Part shown: piece after piece, positions 38,627-47,707 of the stretch | How positions within the stretch are numbered: position 1 is the first letter of the stretch | How the letters are laid out: the number at the start of each line of letters is the position of its first letter | Virus record (IMG/VR): IMGVR_UViG_3300009094_000001 | Location: 1-64,000 of that record | Source of the DNA: a virus | Direction: 5' to 3' (one strand) | Length of the DNA: 64,000 nucleotides | Notes under the pieces: model-generated | What the model was told of the DNA's origin: nothing | What the model saw: only the letters and a program-made list of their open reading frames with translations | The model's database searches: none | Program-made: the position numbers and the translations under genes

Positions 38627-39571
38627 TTAATCAAGATAATCGCACTTATTCGAGATGCTGTTGCGGTCATCGACCTGCAAGGGACTCCCCATCGGGGGGT
38701 CCAGCGTCCATTGTTTTTGAGTAATCAGGCGCACGGCGTTCGCTTCGTATGCGTTGCCGTTCGCGAGGTCACCGTCCTGATACCACTTGAGCGCTCGCAT
38801 CGCGAGAAGCAACGCGGGGCGGGAGTGGAGGAGAATCCGGTCGTGAATGGACGTAATTTCATACGTCCGCTTTCGGTAGACCAGCCGAACCCACGTTCCG
38901 GGGCGGTTGATTTTGATGCGCCGATATTGTGGCTTCGTTTCATCCGGCTCGTAAACGCCGAGAAGAGTCCCGGTAGACGTTGAGCTGTCGAAGCTCGAAA
39001 GCCGAAGGGTTGAAATAGTAGGGTCCTTGACGACACCCGTAATACGCGCAACCATCGGGTCGTTCGCCGACGGGAGCGCGTAGTTGAAAATGGTAGGGAC
39101 TCGCAAGCCGGGTTCGACGATGTCGCCAACGAGCGTTTGCAACGGCCTGCCCTGCGTGTCGAAGCCGAAAACCCGGAGCAACTTTCCGGCGTCTCGCTCG
39201 TCATCCACAAAAGCAATCAGCTTGGCTGGGCACTTGAGGTCCTTGTAAGTCGGGTGCGTTCCAGCGTCCGCCCAAGTCCAACTGCAACTGCAATCCCGGG
39301 AGCCGGGTCCGTTGAGATGGAACTGAAAAAGGATGTCTCGCCCGTGTGCTGGCCGGCCGCAGATGTTCACTCCGAGCGGGGTCTCGATTTCGCGCGGGAG
39401 CGTGACGCAGTTCCCGTCCACGCAAATATCCACCACGCCCACGAGCGGGTCGATATCGCCGGAGGTCGTCAGCAGTTCAATAGAGTCCGTTAGCTGTCGG
39501 AACAGCTTCGGCTCGTGACAATGGCCAAAGATTTCCTTGGCGCTGTCCCACACTTCCTCCGCGATAATCAT
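38627..39571 (-). CDS. Head-tail adaptor/tail tubular protein A-like
   Basis: Position upstream of the nozzle; TLPRE..T motif and helical C-terminus. Confidence 0.55.
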   Translation of the reverse strand: MIIAEEVWDSAKEIFGHCHEPKLFRQLTDSIELLTTSGDIDPLVGVVDICVDGNCVTLPREIETPLGVNICGRPAHGRDILFQFHLNGPGSRDCSCSWTWADAGTHPTYKDLKCPAKLIAFVDDERDAGKLLRVFGFDTQGRPLQTLVGDIVEPGLRVPTIFNYALPSANDPMVARITGVVKDPTISTLRLSSFDSSTSTGTLLGVYEPDETKPQYRRIKINRPGTWVRLVYRKRTYEITSIHDRILLHSRPALLLAMRALKWYQDGDLANGNAYEANAVRLITQKQWTLDPPMGSPLQVDDRNSISNKCDYLD

Positions 39572-39957
39572 TAATAATCCTCCCCGTCATCTTCTTCAAC
39601 TACGACTTTGGATTTCTTCGCCGTGACTTTCTTCATCTCCTTATCGAGAATGTCGCCGGAATCCTCCTCGGACTCGTCGGTATCCTCCTTCGTCGCCTTG
39701 GTGTCGAGAATTTCGTGGATATCGAGTTCAACTTTTTGAATAGTTTTGTCCCCAGTCTTGCGGTTCTCCTCGGAGCGTTTCTTGAACCGCACGGTCATCG
39801 TGCCCTCGTCAGGAAAGCCGTAGGGCTTCTCCCATTCGAGATACAGCGAGGGGTAGATTGTCTTCGGAACTTCACCGCCGACCGGCATCGGGAGGTCGAG
39901 GTCCTTCGGGGTTTTCCCGAGGTCGATGGGATACTTGGGTTGAGATTTCTTGGGCAT
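39571..39957 (-). CDS. Acidic hypothetical protein
   Basis: Coupled ORF, 128 aa. Confidence 0.65.
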   Translation of the reverse strand: MPKKSQPKYPIDLGKTPKDLDLPMPVGGEVPKTIYPSLYLEWEKPYGFPDEGTMTVRFKKRSEENRKTGDKTIQKVELDIHEILDTKATKEDTDESEEDSGDILDKEMKKVTAKKSKVVVEEDDGEDY

Positions 39958-39960
39958 AGA

Positions 39961-41148
39961 TTAGTAGATTTTTCGGACGCCGATGGCGGAGAGTTCTAGA
40001 TTGGGAGTCGAGCCCCAGAAAATATTCAAGGTGTCGAAGGCCCCGGTGCTTTCGTCGAAGCTAAAGCTTCCAGTGACCGCGCCTGCGTCGGTCCCGGTGA
40101 TATTGACAATGTCTTGGTTCCCCACGTCGCCCTCCAGTAATCGAATCAGCGCATCCTTGGACACGGAAAATTCTGCGTTGTTCGTGCTGGTGGAGCGCCA
40201 AACAAAAGAGTAGGTAACTGAGGTTGCAGAGGTCGCAAAAACGGGGCGGGTGATTTCCACGACCCAGACCGTCCGGCTGTCCTCTTGGGAGCCCCAGTGC
40301 CGACCGTCCGAACCAACGCCGCCGCCGTGCGTGGTGATGGTGTTGACGCGCTTGTCCGCCATGTTCGTCCCGATGCCTTGGGAATACCAGTTGCGGACCA
40401 CGCCAGCATTGTGCGTCCACGTATACGTGCCGGAGTCCAGAGAAAACCCGATGAAGTTCGTGCAAGTCGCACTGCCGACGGAGGTCGCGAGAGAATTGGT
40501 ATTACACAGACCAAACCGAAAATTGGGGTTGAACGTCGCGGCTCCCGTGGCCCGGAACATTAGCACGATGCGAATCTTGTGCCACTCCCCGCCGAAATAA
40601 GGCGTCCTTGCGTATTCCCCGTTCGTTGCGAGGGAGAGCCGGTTCTCGGTTTTGCTGTTCGGGATGTTGCGCGACACAATAGTCGCCGCAGTTCCGTTTC
40701 CGGCGGCTGACCATCCGAACCCTTGATTAAAGCTGGAAATTGACCCCGCCGCGTAATCGTCGAAGAACTCCCACGCGATTCCGTCGCGGTTCGACCCGTC
40801 GGTGCCGTTAGTGCCGTTGGTGCCATTGGTCCCGTTCGTGCCATTGGTCCCGTTCGTGCCATTGGTCCCGTTCGTGCCGTTCGCACCCGGGGGGCCTTGG
40901 ATACCTTGAATGCCCTGCGGACCCTGCGCGCCCGGCGCTCCATCTGCCCCTGCGGGACCGGGGGCACCGTCGCCCGAGGCTCCCGGAGGCCCTTGAATCC
41001 CCTGCGGGCCGACAGGGCCAATTGCGCCAACAACGTCGGGCCGGACCTTCTTGGTGATGTAACTGCCGTCCTCCTGCAACTCCGCGATGAACAAAAATCC
41101 ATCGGGGTGGGGCTGCGTTACTTCTGGATATTCAGAAACTTTTGCCAT
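39961..41148 (-). CDS. Collagen-like fibre protein with C-terminal beta domain
   Basis: Gly-X-Y run including (NGT)9. Confidence 0.8.
   Translation of the reverse strand: MAKVSEYPEVTQPHPDGFLFIAELQEDGSYITKKVRPDVVGAIGPVGPQGIQGPPGASGDGAPGPAGADGAPGAQGPQGIQGIQGPPGANGTNGTNGTNGTNGTNGTNGTNGTNGTDGSNRDGIAWEFFDDYAAGSISSFNQGFGWSAAGNGTAATIVSRNIPNSKTENRLSLATNGEYARTPYFGGEWHKIRIVLMFRATGAATFNPNFRFGLCNTNSLATSVGSATCTNFIGFSLDSGTYTWTHNAGVVRNWYSQGIGTNMADKRVNTITTHGGGVGSDGRHWGSQEDSRTVWVVEITRPVFATSATSVTYSFVWRSTSTNNAEFSVSKDALIRLLEGDVGNQDIVNITGTDAGAVTGSFSFDESTGAFDTLNIFWGSTPNLELSAIGVRKIY
40801..40881 (-). repeat. Coding tandem repeat (Asn-Gly-Thr)9, including 3 exact 18-bp units
   Basis: gtgccattggtcccgttc x3 at 40820-40873. 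Confidence 0.9.
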
Positions 41149-41150
41149 AC

Positions 41151-41369
41151 TTAAAAATTACGCCAGTCGTCGTAGATGAATCCGGCCGTTAGCTCGTCCA
41201 AAATCGGAGCGCCGAACTCGTCCTGCAAAATCTGCGGGTCGTTGTTCAAAAACCGTTGCGGCGGTAACTCGTGCCGAATCCGATGCGCCTCTTTGATGCC
41301 GGCCTTCGGCGGGCAGCAACAGTCGGAGAATTCTCCGTTGATGTCGCGGATTATCGGATAGGGCGTCAT
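41151..41369 (-). CDS. Small hypothetical virion protein
   Basis: Coupled; ILQDE.G.PILDE motif. Confidence 0.6.
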   Translation of the reverse strand: MTPYPIIRDINGEFSDCCCPPKAGIKEAHRIRHELPPQRFLNNDPQILQDEFGAPILDELTAGFIYDDWRNF

Positions 41370-42511
41370 GCCAACTTGATGAACAGTGCCTTCGACTCGA
41401 TATAAGAAATCTCTTGGGTCGTGTCGTTCGCGGAGGACTGCCCATGAATCGAAATCACTTCGCCGTCCGCGCTGGTCGTCACTAACCCGGTGATGATGAA
41501 GTGCGCGAAGCGGTCAGAAGACGAATCCTGATTTATCACGTTGTTCGTCTCGGTCTTGTCGATATCCGCTGCTTGCGTTTCGTTATGCAGCTTGAAGGTC
41601 CACCGTCGGGTAGCCCCGGAGTTGTTGACTCCACCGAGGTCAAAAAGAACAAAGTAGGTTCCTGCCGTCGGCAACGTAAGCTGCAAATCCGTCGTCCCAA
41701 AATCAATCCTTTGATAAATGGTGGTCATCGCGTAATCCGTGGTGCCGCCAGTGACGGCTCCGTTGGAATTCGTCGCGGCCGAACCTGCGGGACCAGCCGC
41801 ACCTGTCGCGCCGGCAGCGCCGGTATCCCCGGGGACGCCTTGGTCTCCCTTGTCGCCTTTGAGACCTTGCTCGCCCTGCGGGCCCGTAATCGACAGCCCG
41901 CGCGGGCCGGTCGGTAGCACGAGAGAGCCGGGCAAAATCACCGCACTCGGCGACGGAATCAATTCCACGAGCGTTGTAAAGACGGTCGTGTTGTCGAGGA
42001 TATCCGTGATGCGGACCCACCCGAGGGTCGTGATGAAAACGGTCTGGCCGACGGAGACGACCGGGGTCGGGATTATGGTGAACTGAGAAGTCGGATTGTC
42101 ATCGGAAGGAGCGTTGAACGCGGAGGTGATAACCGCGTAGGCGTTTCGCCCGTTCGTCCCGGCGGGACCTGTCGGACCGACGGGCCCCATCTGGCCGATG
42201 ATTCCGTCATTGAACAGGCGCAGGAAATAGCACGCGAGCCCTTCGCCGTCGAGGCGTGGATTGCCCGGCAGGCCAACGTCCAAATCGCACGGGAGCGCCC
42301 AGCGGATTTCTCCGTCGATGACGACCCTTTCGATGCTGCCGAAAAACTGGCGCGTGAAGTTATCGAGCGCGCTCGGTAGCGTCTCGCAATCGACCGTGTT
42401 CTCCGGGCAGGCGTTGCACGGGTTGCAATTACCGGTGCCGCGATTCCCGTTGATGCAATCCTGACACAGGCCGGGGCCGCAGTTCGCACATCCGCAATTT
42501 TGGCAAGACAT
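41366..42511 (-). CDS. Collagen-like fibre protein with Cys-rich N-terminus
   Basis: MSCQNCGCANC...; two Gly-X-Y runs; C-terminal C1q/BclA-like beta domain. Confidence 0.8.
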   Translation of the reverse strand: MSCQNCGCANCGPGLCQDCINGNRGTGNCNPCNACPENTVDCETLPSALDNFTRQFFGSIERVVIDGEIRWALPCDLDVGLPGNPRLDGEGLACYFLRLFNDGIIGQMGPVGPTGPAGTNGRNAYAVITSAFNAPSDDNPTSQFTIIPTPVVSVGQTVFITTLGWVRITDILDNTTVFTTLVELIPSPSAVILPGSLVLPTGPRGLSITGPQGEQGLKGDKGDQGVPGDTGAAGATGAAGPAGSAATNSNGAVTGGTTDYAMTTIYQRIDFGTTDLQLTLPTAGTYFVLFDLGGVNNSGATRRWTFKLHNETQAADIDKTETNNVINQDSSSDRFAHFIITGLVTTSADGEVISIHGQSSANDTTQEISYIESKALFIKLA

Positions 42512-42512
42512 A

Positions 42513-43064
42513 TTATTGCTTGGAATCGTCGATTCCGTCTTTGTTCGCATCGACGAATCCACGGAGTTTCCCGTGGCGATTCGCAAACCAATACAGCACG
42601 GCGGCACCGATGCATGCGCCGAGAATCAAAAGCTCGTTTCCGACAATCAGCGTCGGGAGCACAATCAACGCAAGGCCCGCGAGAGTAATCACCGCACTGG
42701 TCGTCACGCTGGCTCCGACGAGAAGTTTCAGCGGAGGATAGACAAAGCTGGCCGCGCCGAACAGGAACACCAGCACGCCAATCCACGACACCCCGCGCAA
42801 AGACGAAAGCTTGGCGGCAACTTCGCGCCCCGTGTCTTTCTGAGCAGCGCCGAGGACCGTGTTGATTTCTTCGGTCGTTTTTCCATCTTTGGTCTCCTGC
42901 GTTCGTTTGTAAACCTGCGTAGTCCCTGTCTTCGGATTCTGCGACTGTTTCGTAGTGACGGTTGTTCCGTCCGGGGATTTGTAAGAAACGCGCCCGGGTT
43001 TCAGCGGCGCAAAGGAGCAGCCGGAAATTGCTGCAATTAAAAGGATGAGGGGTAAACTTTTCAT
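42513..43064 (-). CDS. Lipoprotein with C-terminal membrane helices (possible spanin/lysis accessory)
   Basis: Lipobox-like ISGC after a signal peptide; about 3 hydrophobic segments; DANKDGIDD. Confidence 0.55.
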   Translation of the reverse strand: MKSLPLILLIAAISGCSFAPLKPGRVSYKSPDGTTVTTKQSQNPKTGTTQVYKRTQETKDGKTTEEINTVLGAAQKDTGREVAAKLSSLRGVSWIGVLVFLFGAASFVYPPLKLLVGASVTTSAVITLAGLALIVLPTLIVGNELLILGACIGAAVLYWFANRHGKLRGFVDANKDGIDDSKQ

Positions 43065-43267
43065 TCTGATTTTCGAGTCTTGCGCCACTTCGCCCAGATA
43101 TAGAGAATCGTGACGGCGGCGACACCAAACTGCCCGATTTTGATTAGCCCGTCGAGTAGCGGGCCGGCTTTGTCGAAAAATTCCGTAAGCCACGGAACCG
43201 TGACGCCGATGACTGCGGCGGTTTTTACCTTCACCCACTCGGGCACTTGGGTATTCTCGGTCAGCAT
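43061..43267 (-). CDS. Holin-like small membrane protein
   Basis: 68 aa with hydrophobic segments and a basic C-terminus KWRKTRK. Confidence 0.5.
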   Translation of the reverse strand: MLTENTQVPEWVKVKTAAVIGVTVPWLTEFFDKAGPLLDGLIKIGQFGVAAVTILYIWAKWRKTRKSE

Positions 43268-43686
43268 AGTTTTTCCCTGCGGGCATCCGTTCGGACCCGG
43301 TGACAATTGGCACAAACCAATTGGCACTTGTCGATTTCTTTACGAACGTCATCCCACGAATATTTATAGCCTTTGGTGAGTTCAAAGGACTTGTCTCGGA
43401 GATGGTCAAACTCCATCGCAGACGGAGGAAAAATCGAGCCACAGTCATAGCAGGGACGCTCGGATTTCAAAGAGTTCAACCGCTCTCGATAATCATTCCG
43501 AATTTCCGACATTCGTTCTCGGGAGACGATTTTAATTTGCTCGCGCTCCTCTGAGGATAGCCTCGCCCTATATTCCTGCGTATTCTCGGCGGCGCAGAGC
43601 CGACAATAGGAATATCTCCGGCCAGATTTTCCGGTCGTAAAATTTTCCTCCGGCTGAGGGAGCTTACATTTCGAGCATATTTTCAT
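43261..43686 (-). CDS. HNH endonuclease
   Basis: PCYDCG...MEFDH...EIDKCQLVCANCHRVRT; paralog of 35758-36231. Confidence 0.88.
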   Translation of the reverse strand: MKICSKCKLPQPEENFTTGKSGRRYSYCRLCAAENTQEYRARLSSEEREQIKIVSRERMSEIRNDYRERLNSLKSERPCYDCGSIFPPSAMEFDHLRDKSFELTKGYKYSWDDVRKEIDKCQLVCANCHRVRTDARREKLC

Positions 43687-43689
43687 AAG

Positions 43690-43728
43690 AAAAACGGGGG
43701 CAGTTTCCTCGAAAGAAAACCACCCCCG
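43690..43728 (-). terminator. Rho-independent terminator after the capsid gene
   Basis: Minus strand CGGGGGTGGTTTTCT-TTCG-AGGAAACTGCCCCCG followed by TTTTT. Confidence 0.8.
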
Positions 43729-43750
43729 CCCCCACGAGTCTAGTTATCGC

Positions 43751-45073
43751 TTAGGTGATTTCTTCCCCAACACAACCACCCGGATTATTACAGTCTTCGG
43801 CCTCGCACACACCCAAGGTCGCGAACGAATCCGCGCCAGTGAAGCTGGACGAGCTAGGCACCTCGCAAGCTTCCAAGCCGAGGTCGGCCGGGCAGCGGAG
43901 GTAGAGAATCGGCACGATATGCTGCGGACGGACCGGCTGATACGCACGAGTAATCTGATACTTGTGCTGGCCGAAGTCACCCCACAGGTTGCAATCGTTG
44001 TCGATTTCGTAGTGCCAATCGAGTTCGCCCATGTAAAGCTGGGGCGCGAACTTGAACGTGCCCTCGCCGGTGTAGCGTTCCGGGGTCAGGCGGTTGAATG
44101 AATTGTCGGCGAACAGGAAGCCAACTTCCCAGAGCGCGGCGAGCCACGTCGGGTTTGCCTTGGCATACGCCGTGTTCTTGCAGGTGTTGACGACCGTGAT
44201 GACGGGGTCAATGAGCGCCAGCGTGCCGTCCTCGTTGAAACCGTTAGCCCGGAGGGGCCGTTGGTCGGTGCCGAGAGCGATGCCGCGATACGCGCCAGCC
44301 TGCTCAAAAGAGTAGGCGGAGATGGCAACCTCGCCGAGGCGATAGCTGCCCTGCGTCAAGCAACAGATGGCGTCCTTGACGGACGTTTCGTTGCGGAACG
44401 CTTCGATGATGTCGGAGCTGCCGATGAAACGGAAATGGGGCATGCCCTTCCCGCCGGCATCGAACATTTCGGCGAACAGCGCTTCCTTCAAGTAGCGGGC
44501 GATGGTGTGCAGCGCCTTGAAAGAAATCGGAGCGGTCGGAGCGATGGGGGCGAACTTGACGCCAACATCCGTCTCGTTACCGCCGGTGAACAGCGAGTCG
44601 AAATCGTAGCCGATGGCGGCGACGAACTTGGAAGCGGAACGCAGATACAACTGGGCGCGAATGTCCGAGTTGATATACTGGGTCATCAGCTTCTTGAGCG
44701 AATCCTCGGCAGCGAGGTAGCTGGACTTGAACGCGGCGAAGCCTTTCTTGACGCAGACCCGAGGGCCGAGACCGCGTTTCGATTCGAGCTGTGCCGTGAA
44801 TTCGACGGCGTCCGTGAGGTCTTGGAGACCAACGGTGCCGCACAATTCCAAATCGCACACAAACGTCGGAAGGGCGAGGCTATCCCCGGGGGCAGCCTGT
44901 TGCTGCACAGCCGTCCTGATAACATCAGAAACGCCGGAGGGGAACGTTCCACCTCCAATCACATTCATAAAAGGACTGTTAGCCGCGAGAGCCTTCGCGA
45001 TGGTGCCCACAAGGCGGGCGGAATCCTTCCTCGCAATATCTGAGAGGTCGGAGGGGGTAATACAATCGGCCAT
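43751..45073 (-). CDS. Major capsid protein (probable)
   Basis: 440 aa with its own promoter, structured leader and terminator, downstream of portal and scaffold. Confidence 0.75.
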   Translation of the reverse strand: MADCITPSDLSDIARKDSARLVGTIAKALAANSPFMNVIGGGTFPSGVSDVIRTAVQQQAAPGDSLALPTFVCDLELCGTVGLQDLTDAVEFTAQLESKRGLGPRVCVKKGFAAFKSSYLAAEDSLKKLMTQYINSDIRAQLYLRSASKFVAAIGYDFDSLFTGGNETDVGVKFAPIAPTAPISFKALHTIARYLKEALFAEMFDAGGKGMPHFRFIGSSDIIEAFRNETSVKDAICCLTQGSYRLGEVAISAYSFEQAGAYRGIALGTDQRPLRANGFNEDGTLALIDPVITVVNTCKNTAYAKANPTWLAALWEVGFLFADNSFNRLTPERYTGEGTFKFAPQLYMGELDWHYEIDNDCNLWGDFGQHKYQITRAYQPVRPQHIVPILYLRCPADLGLEACEVPSSSSFTGADSFATLGVCEAEDCNNPGGCVGEEIT

Positions 45074-45220
45074 ATACTGAAATTTTCTGTCTTAACCGCT
45101 TGGAGCGGTTATGGTTGAGTTGGTGTGCGTGTGTAAACGCACGGTTCTTTGTCTCGCGGCCAGCCGAAACAAAATTGGCCTATCTCAACCTAGAGCAGCG
45201 GCAGAGGATGCTTTAGCTCT
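45074..45220 (-). promoter_or_regulatory. Structured 5' leader of the capsid mRNA
   Basis: Stems AGAGC/GCUCU, GGUUGAG/CUCAACC, GGCCA/UGGCC, UUUGUUUCG/CGAGACAAA, GUGCGU/ACGCAC and UAACCGCU/AGCGGUUA. Confidence 0.6.
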
Positions 45221-45225
45221 GTGGG

Positions 45226-45255
45226 AAAGGTCCACACTTCGGACCAAAAGTCAAG
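45226..45255 (-). promoter_or_regulatory. Phage promoter motif copy 5 (capsid)
   Basis: CTTGAC ttttggtccgaagtgt GGACCTTT. Confidence 0.8.
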
Positions 45256-46105
45256 AGATTTTCGTCTTTCCCGGGACATACATCATCTCCCCGAGGTGTC
45301 CGACCACGCAACCCAAATCGACGTAGCACTGGTGCCCCGCTTGGGCGGCGCGTCGGCAGAACTGAACGTCTTCGCCCACGCCGAGGTTGCTCATACGTTG
45401 CGAGACGGCGAGCGCGCTTTCCAGACGTTTCGTGATGTCGGGTATGACGTTGATGTAATCAAGGTCGGACAAATTATAGAGGTCGGTCAAGGAATCCTGC
45501 ACGGCTTCCACGAGGTCGTGCTCCGACGACGTGAAAAAATTCGAGCCGGTGCCATCCGGCTTGCGCGCGAGGCGGGGGAATTTCCTCTCGATGTCGAGGA
45601 AGACCGATTTATGGATGAGAACCCAGCCGAACCCGACCCACTGCGTCGGGCGAAGTTCGTCGCGCGGGCCGGCGTTCACGTATTTTTCCAACTGCACGCC
45701 TTCCGCGAAAATGGATTTCGAGTGGGGCCAACGTCCACGATACAGCCCTCCTACGAGCGTCTTGCCGTGACTGAGAAGCCTGTCGATTCCGTGAAGGCCG
45801 GCGAAAAGCGGCGGGAGGTCGAAGCCCGTGAACTGATTGTAGAGAGCTGCGTTGCCGAAGGGCGGCACGTTGTCATCATCGCACATCAGGCACCACTCCA
45901 TGCCGGAGCGCAAAAACTGGTCAGCAAGTTTATTGCGCGAATGAGCCACAAAGGCGTCACCGAAATCCAGTGACAACGCCATGCGCTTCTTGTCGAAGAG
46001 CGTCATCAGCGCAAACAGCGTGCGGGGGTTCGTGGTTTTGTAGAACGGCAGGCACAACATCACCTGCTTGTTCTCGATTAGCATCGTAGGGGTTGCTTCG
46101 CTCAT
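45251..46105 (-). CDS. GT-A fold glycosyltransferase
   Basis: SRNKLA, LMCDDD (DxD), GFGWVLI..SVF and GEDVQFC...GH. Confidence 0.8.
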   Translation of the reverse strand: MSEATPTMLIENKQVMLCLPFYKTTNPRTLFALMTLFDKKRMALSLDFGDAFVAHSRNKLADQFLRSGMEWCLMCDDDNVPPFGNAALYNQFTGFDLPPLFAGLHGIDRLLSHGKTLVGGLYRGRWPHSKSIFAEGVQLEKYVNAGPRDELRPTQWVGFGWVLIHKSVFLDIERKFPRLARKPDGTGSNFFTSSEHDLVEAVQDSLTDLYNLSDLDYINVIPDITKRLESALAVSQRMSNLGVGEDVQFCRRAAQAGHQCYVDLGCVVGHLGEMMYVPGKTKIS

Positions 46106-47388
46106 CGGGACGCCATCTTTTCTTTGAAAAGGTTGTCAATCGCGACAACGCTCGGGGTATTCACGTTATCCGTCACCGGATTCGACGTGCTGTCGGGCTT
46201 CGCAGACGGCGCTAGCCGCGCGGTGCTCGCGCCCTTGACCTTCTCGAATTTTTCAGTCACTTCCTTGAGGCTGGCCTCCAGCGCCTTGACCTTCTCCGTG
46301 CTCTCGACCGTCATGCGCGCAATATCCGCGCGGGCCTTCAAAAGCTGCACGTAGCCGACGGCGAGCAGGCTGCGCAACTCAGGCGAGTTGTCGGCAACGG
46401 CTTGGGCTAAAAATTCGTTCGACTCCTTCACGAGTTTGTTGTGCGCTTCCACCGCAGTCTTCTCCGCCGGTGTTGCGCCGTCTTTGGCCTTGCGCTCCTC
46501 CAGCCATCCGAGTTGAGGGGCCAGCTCCTTTACCTTGAGTTCAACCTGCTTGTTGTGCTGCGCAACCACGTCGGTTTGGGAAGCCTGCTTGTTGCGCAGG
46601 TATTCGTCGGCGTTCGCCTTGGCTTCGGCAATGGCCTTGTTTTTCTTTTCGAGAATATTTTCGTTCTCGATGATTTTCGCGTCCACGAAACGCTTGAGCC
46701 GCCCGTCCATCTTGACGGCGTCCCAGTCCACTTCGGAAGGACCGCCCAGCGCTTTGATTTTGGCGATGTGTTCGTCGGTAAAACCGTCGGCCTTGAGCCG
46801 GGCGTAAATCGATTCTGTGTTGTCCGCAATCGTCTTATCGAAGGTCTTGAACTCCGGGTCCGCCTCTACATCAAGCTTGCTGCGAAAAGACCTCAGCTCC
46901 TTCAACTCGTTTTCGAGTTCGACCGGGACTCCGTTGCCCAGCTTCGCGGCGAGTTCGTCGCGTTCCTTTTTCAGTGCATCGCGCTCCTGCTCCGCCGCAG
47001 CCACGCGCTCGCGCGCGAGGGTCTTGAGTTTATCAAAGGACTCGTTCGTCTTCGGCTTGCTGTATGGGGGCAGCGTAATCGCGTCGAAATCGTCGGTTGG
47101 TTTCGCGGCGGGCTCGGGCTTCGGCTCAGCGGTCGGCTCGGTGGGCTCGGGCTTCGCGGCAGGCTCGGGCTCCGTAGTCGGCTCAGGCTTCGCAGCCGGT
47201 TCTGCCGGGGGCTCCGGCTCAGTTTTCGCGGCTGGCTCGGGCTTCGGCTCGGGGTTGGTTTTCTCGGCCGTCTTTGCGGCAATCATCTTGTCGAGTTCAG
47301 CGGCGGACTCGGGGTCAATAGAGGGCTGACTGTCAAAGCCGGGAATCGCGGACAATTCGCGGAGGTCAGAGGAGGGGGTTGCGGCCAT
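46102..47388 (-). CDS. Scaffolding protein (probable)
   Basis: PEPAAK repeats and acidic coiled coils; located between portal and capsid. Confidence 0.65.
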   Translation of the reverse strand: MAATPSSDLRELSAIPGFDSQPSIDPESAAELDKMIAAKTAEKTNPEPKPEPAAKTEPEPPAEPAAKPEPTTEPEPAAKPEPTEPTAEPKPEPAAKPTDDFDAITLPPYSKPKTNESFDKLKTLARERVAAAEQERDALKKERDELAAKLGNGVPVELENELKELRSFRSKLDVEADPEFKTFDKTIADNTESIYARLKADGFTDEHIAKIKALGGPSEVDWDAVKMDGRLKRFVDAKIIENENILEKKNKAIAEAKANADEYLRNKQASQTDVVAQHNKQVELKVKELAPQLGWLEERKAKDGATPAEKTAVEAHNKLVKESNEFLAQAVADNSPELRSLLAVGYVQLLKARADIARMTVESTEKVKALEASLKEVTEKFEKVKGASTARLAPSAKPDSTSNPVTDNVNTPSVVAIDNLFKEKMASR

Positions 47389-47390
47389 AT

Positions 47391-47705
47391 TTATCGGGGG
47401 TTTGCGCCGTCCCACTTGGATTCATCGTCCAAGTCGGCATAGGCTTCTTTCGTTTGGGGTTTGGGTCGGAACTCGGCGGGCGGGTCAACGGTAAGTGAAA
47501 CCAGCAAGTCGAAAATGGTCTGGGCTCCCTTCACCTCTCCCGCGCGCACGAGCGTTTTATTTTTGTGCTCGCCGTCGAGTAGGTCGGGGATATATCTGTG
47601 CAGAATGTGCAGGACCTTGTCGCCGGTTTTCCCGGAGAAAAATTCCTTGAGATTTTGCGCGTCCGTGGAATCCCAGAGGATTCCGGTCTTCGTGGGGGAG
47701 AACAT
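47391..47705 (-). CDS. Small head-assembly protein (Bbp19-like)
   Basis: Follows the portal; FF...G..VL..L...GE..G pattern. Confidence 0.5.
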   Translation of the reverse strand: MFSPTKTGILWDSTDAQNLKEFFSGKTGDKVLHILHRYIPDLLDGEHKNKTLVRAGEVKGAQTIFDLLVSLTVDPPAEFRPKPQTKEAYADLDDESKWDGANPR

Positions 47706-47707
47706 GT

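Noticed and set aside
30516-43686. Group I introns or inteins housing the HNH genes
   Set aside because: Flanking genes look complete and the HNH ORFs abut them, leaving no room for intron cores.
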